DNA from: Stegostoma tigrinum
Lineage: Eukaryota
Assembly: GCF_030684315.1 (NCBI RefSeq)
Contig: NC_081385.1
Location: forward strand, 24,457,247 to 24,521,246
DNA: 64,000 nt
Direction of reading: 5' to 3'
Under the pieces are notes generated by a model. The model was not told where the DNA came from. It saw nothing but the letters and a program-made list of their open reading frames with translations, and did no database searches. Position 1 is the stretch's first letter, and the number at the start of each line of letters is the position of its first letter. A program made the position numbers and the translations under genes. Shown in pieces: positions 62,191 through 64,000 of the stretch.

Positions 62191-64000
62191 TTTCAAGTTT
62201 GAATAAAACTTATACTTAGCACATTAAATTACAGGAGAATAATTAAACAAAAACAATCAAAAACTGCAATCAAGGCGAAGATATGCAACACACCGTTAAT
62301 TCACAACTCAATTTTCTTTTAGGGCTCACAACTGGTTTGGCACTAGACGTGAGAATGTGAAAACTACTCCAATTTAACGTGCTTAAAATTGTGCATAACC
62401 CAAGCAGAGCAACAAACAGGATTATATTCTGTAGGCCATCATACACTAGCAAGCAGCTAGTTACTTGTTTCGTCTGTACAAAACCAGAATCGGAGAAAAT
62501 AAATGATGCGCAACTTATTTTGTTTGTTCAGAAAATGTACACAACTTAAGGAGTTCGGTGCTAAAATAGCATCAGATCAAATATCTGATGTTTCAAACAC
62601 AGAGTATCAATGTTTGACAGAGGTCAGGTCTGCGTTGTCACATGATTTCCCTTTGTCTCTGAATCATGATTACAGGCAGTTACATTTACTGCAGTGTCCG
62701 ACAGGACTATTGCCAAACTTGATATTCTTTGTGTGTGAGCTGAAAAGACGCTTGCCTGGATGCGCACAGCTCCAATAACACTCATGCTTGAATGGCACCA
62801 CACACACAAGCATACACCACCATCACTCAGTAGCAGCAGTTGTACTATCTACAAGATGCACTTCAGAAATTCAAAGATCCTCAGGTAGCACCTTCCAAAC
62901 CCATGACGAATTCCAGCGAGAAAGACATGGCCAGTAGATACATGGGAACATGATCTTCAGGTTCTCCTCTAAGCCACTCACTGACCTAACATGGAAATAC
63001 ATCACTGCTCCTTCAATGCTGCTGGATCATAATCCTGTAATTCCCTCCCTGAAGGTATTGTGTGTCAAGCTACAGCTTGATGGTAGCAGTTCAAGAACTC
63101 AGCAGGCTCTTCAGCCATCAGACAAACTGAATCCTGCCTACATCCTCAGCCAAACACGTACCAGATAACATTGATCAGCTTACTCAAGCTCTCATCCTAC
63201 AACAACTGAGCTTCATTGGAACATTTCTGGTCGAAACGAGTTAATTCTGCTCACACTGCAGATTAAGCTTGTAAACTTGCTGCCCTTATGACTCAGTTCC
63301 ATGCTTCATTTATCAATTGAAACATTTGAAGGTGCTTTTCCTCAGCATGTACAATGCTCACGTCAATACCAACATATTAGAGACATTATCAGTTTTCTAG
63401 AGACCTACTGGCTTTACAGGAGAACTACAATTTTCTGGTTGTTTAAAAATTCATGTGTAGAAGCTAATCTCAGGGTTTATTAAATCAACCACAATATCTG
63501 CAATTTCAGATTTGATCAGAGACTACAGATTACTCGAAAGAATCAAGGAGTTACAAGTGATACAGCTTTCAAAGTGTTAACATAGCTTATTGAAATACAA
63601 CAATAAAAAAGACATACATTCTGATGACACATGAAGTTAGAAAGACAGAATGGCCCGGTGTACTGTAACTATCTCTTCCAGGTATTTAGACTCATGAGAA
63701 TGTTAAACTAGCAAGGAAATTCTTCCCTTCATCCAAGCAATCTTTTTTAGAGCTGCTTTTTATGCATCTTATTTTTAGGGCTGGCAGGTATTTCATGCTA
63801 AGCATGTGTTCTCTTACAAGGTGTCCAAAACTGAAAGGGACACTCAGATTCCTTTTCCTGCTTTATTAGAGATGCGGTACTGTAAACTCAACTGCTGCAG
63901 TCACTTGACATCCAAGTTCACAATCTATACAACAAGATGTAAAGTAGATTATGTACAGTCTAATCTTTTGAGATTTAGGATAGTCTAGACTGTTGAAGAA

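Noticed and set aside
62270-62452. Hydrophobic minus-strand ORF (NIILFVALLGLCTILSTL) as a leader or TM exon
   Set aside because: No in-frame ATG and only a weak acceptor; cannot be linked to other exons in the window.
1-64000. Prokaryotic features (CRISPR arrays, operons) and most short ORFs in the track
   Set aside because: The sequence is intron-containing vertebrate DNA. The short ORFs are repeat-derived or chance, and no repeat-spacer array is present.

Overview
Eukaryotic, AT-rich, repeat-dense genomic DNA. The repeat content (CR1 LINEs with an esterase ORF1, Penelope-like elements, tRNA-derived V-SINE/HE1-like SINEs, Harbinger relics) points to a cartilaginous fish, probably a shark; this is inference. 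Three gene-like loci are visible. (1) A decayed intronless array of about 15 C2H2 zinc fingers (5666-6922, -). (2) A multi-exon immunoglobulin-superfamily gene on + (9196 to about 27416). It has a leader, two micro-exons, a germline-joined VJ-type V domain (YPP loop, GPGTQL J motif, no RSS found), a true C1-set domain, a third C2/I-set domain and an Arg-containing TM exon. As read here it has a 1-nt frameshift in domain 3 and an in-frame stop at the end of the TM segment. (3) A convergent single-V IgSF gene on - (leader 53498-53567, V 51660-51956, probable Lys-containing TM exon 48721-48931). The C1 exon of gene 2 is bracketed by a 114-bp near-perfect inverted duplication, one copy of which sits inside the 3' tail of a young CR1. 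All exon models were built by hand from splice sites and phases, with no database support.
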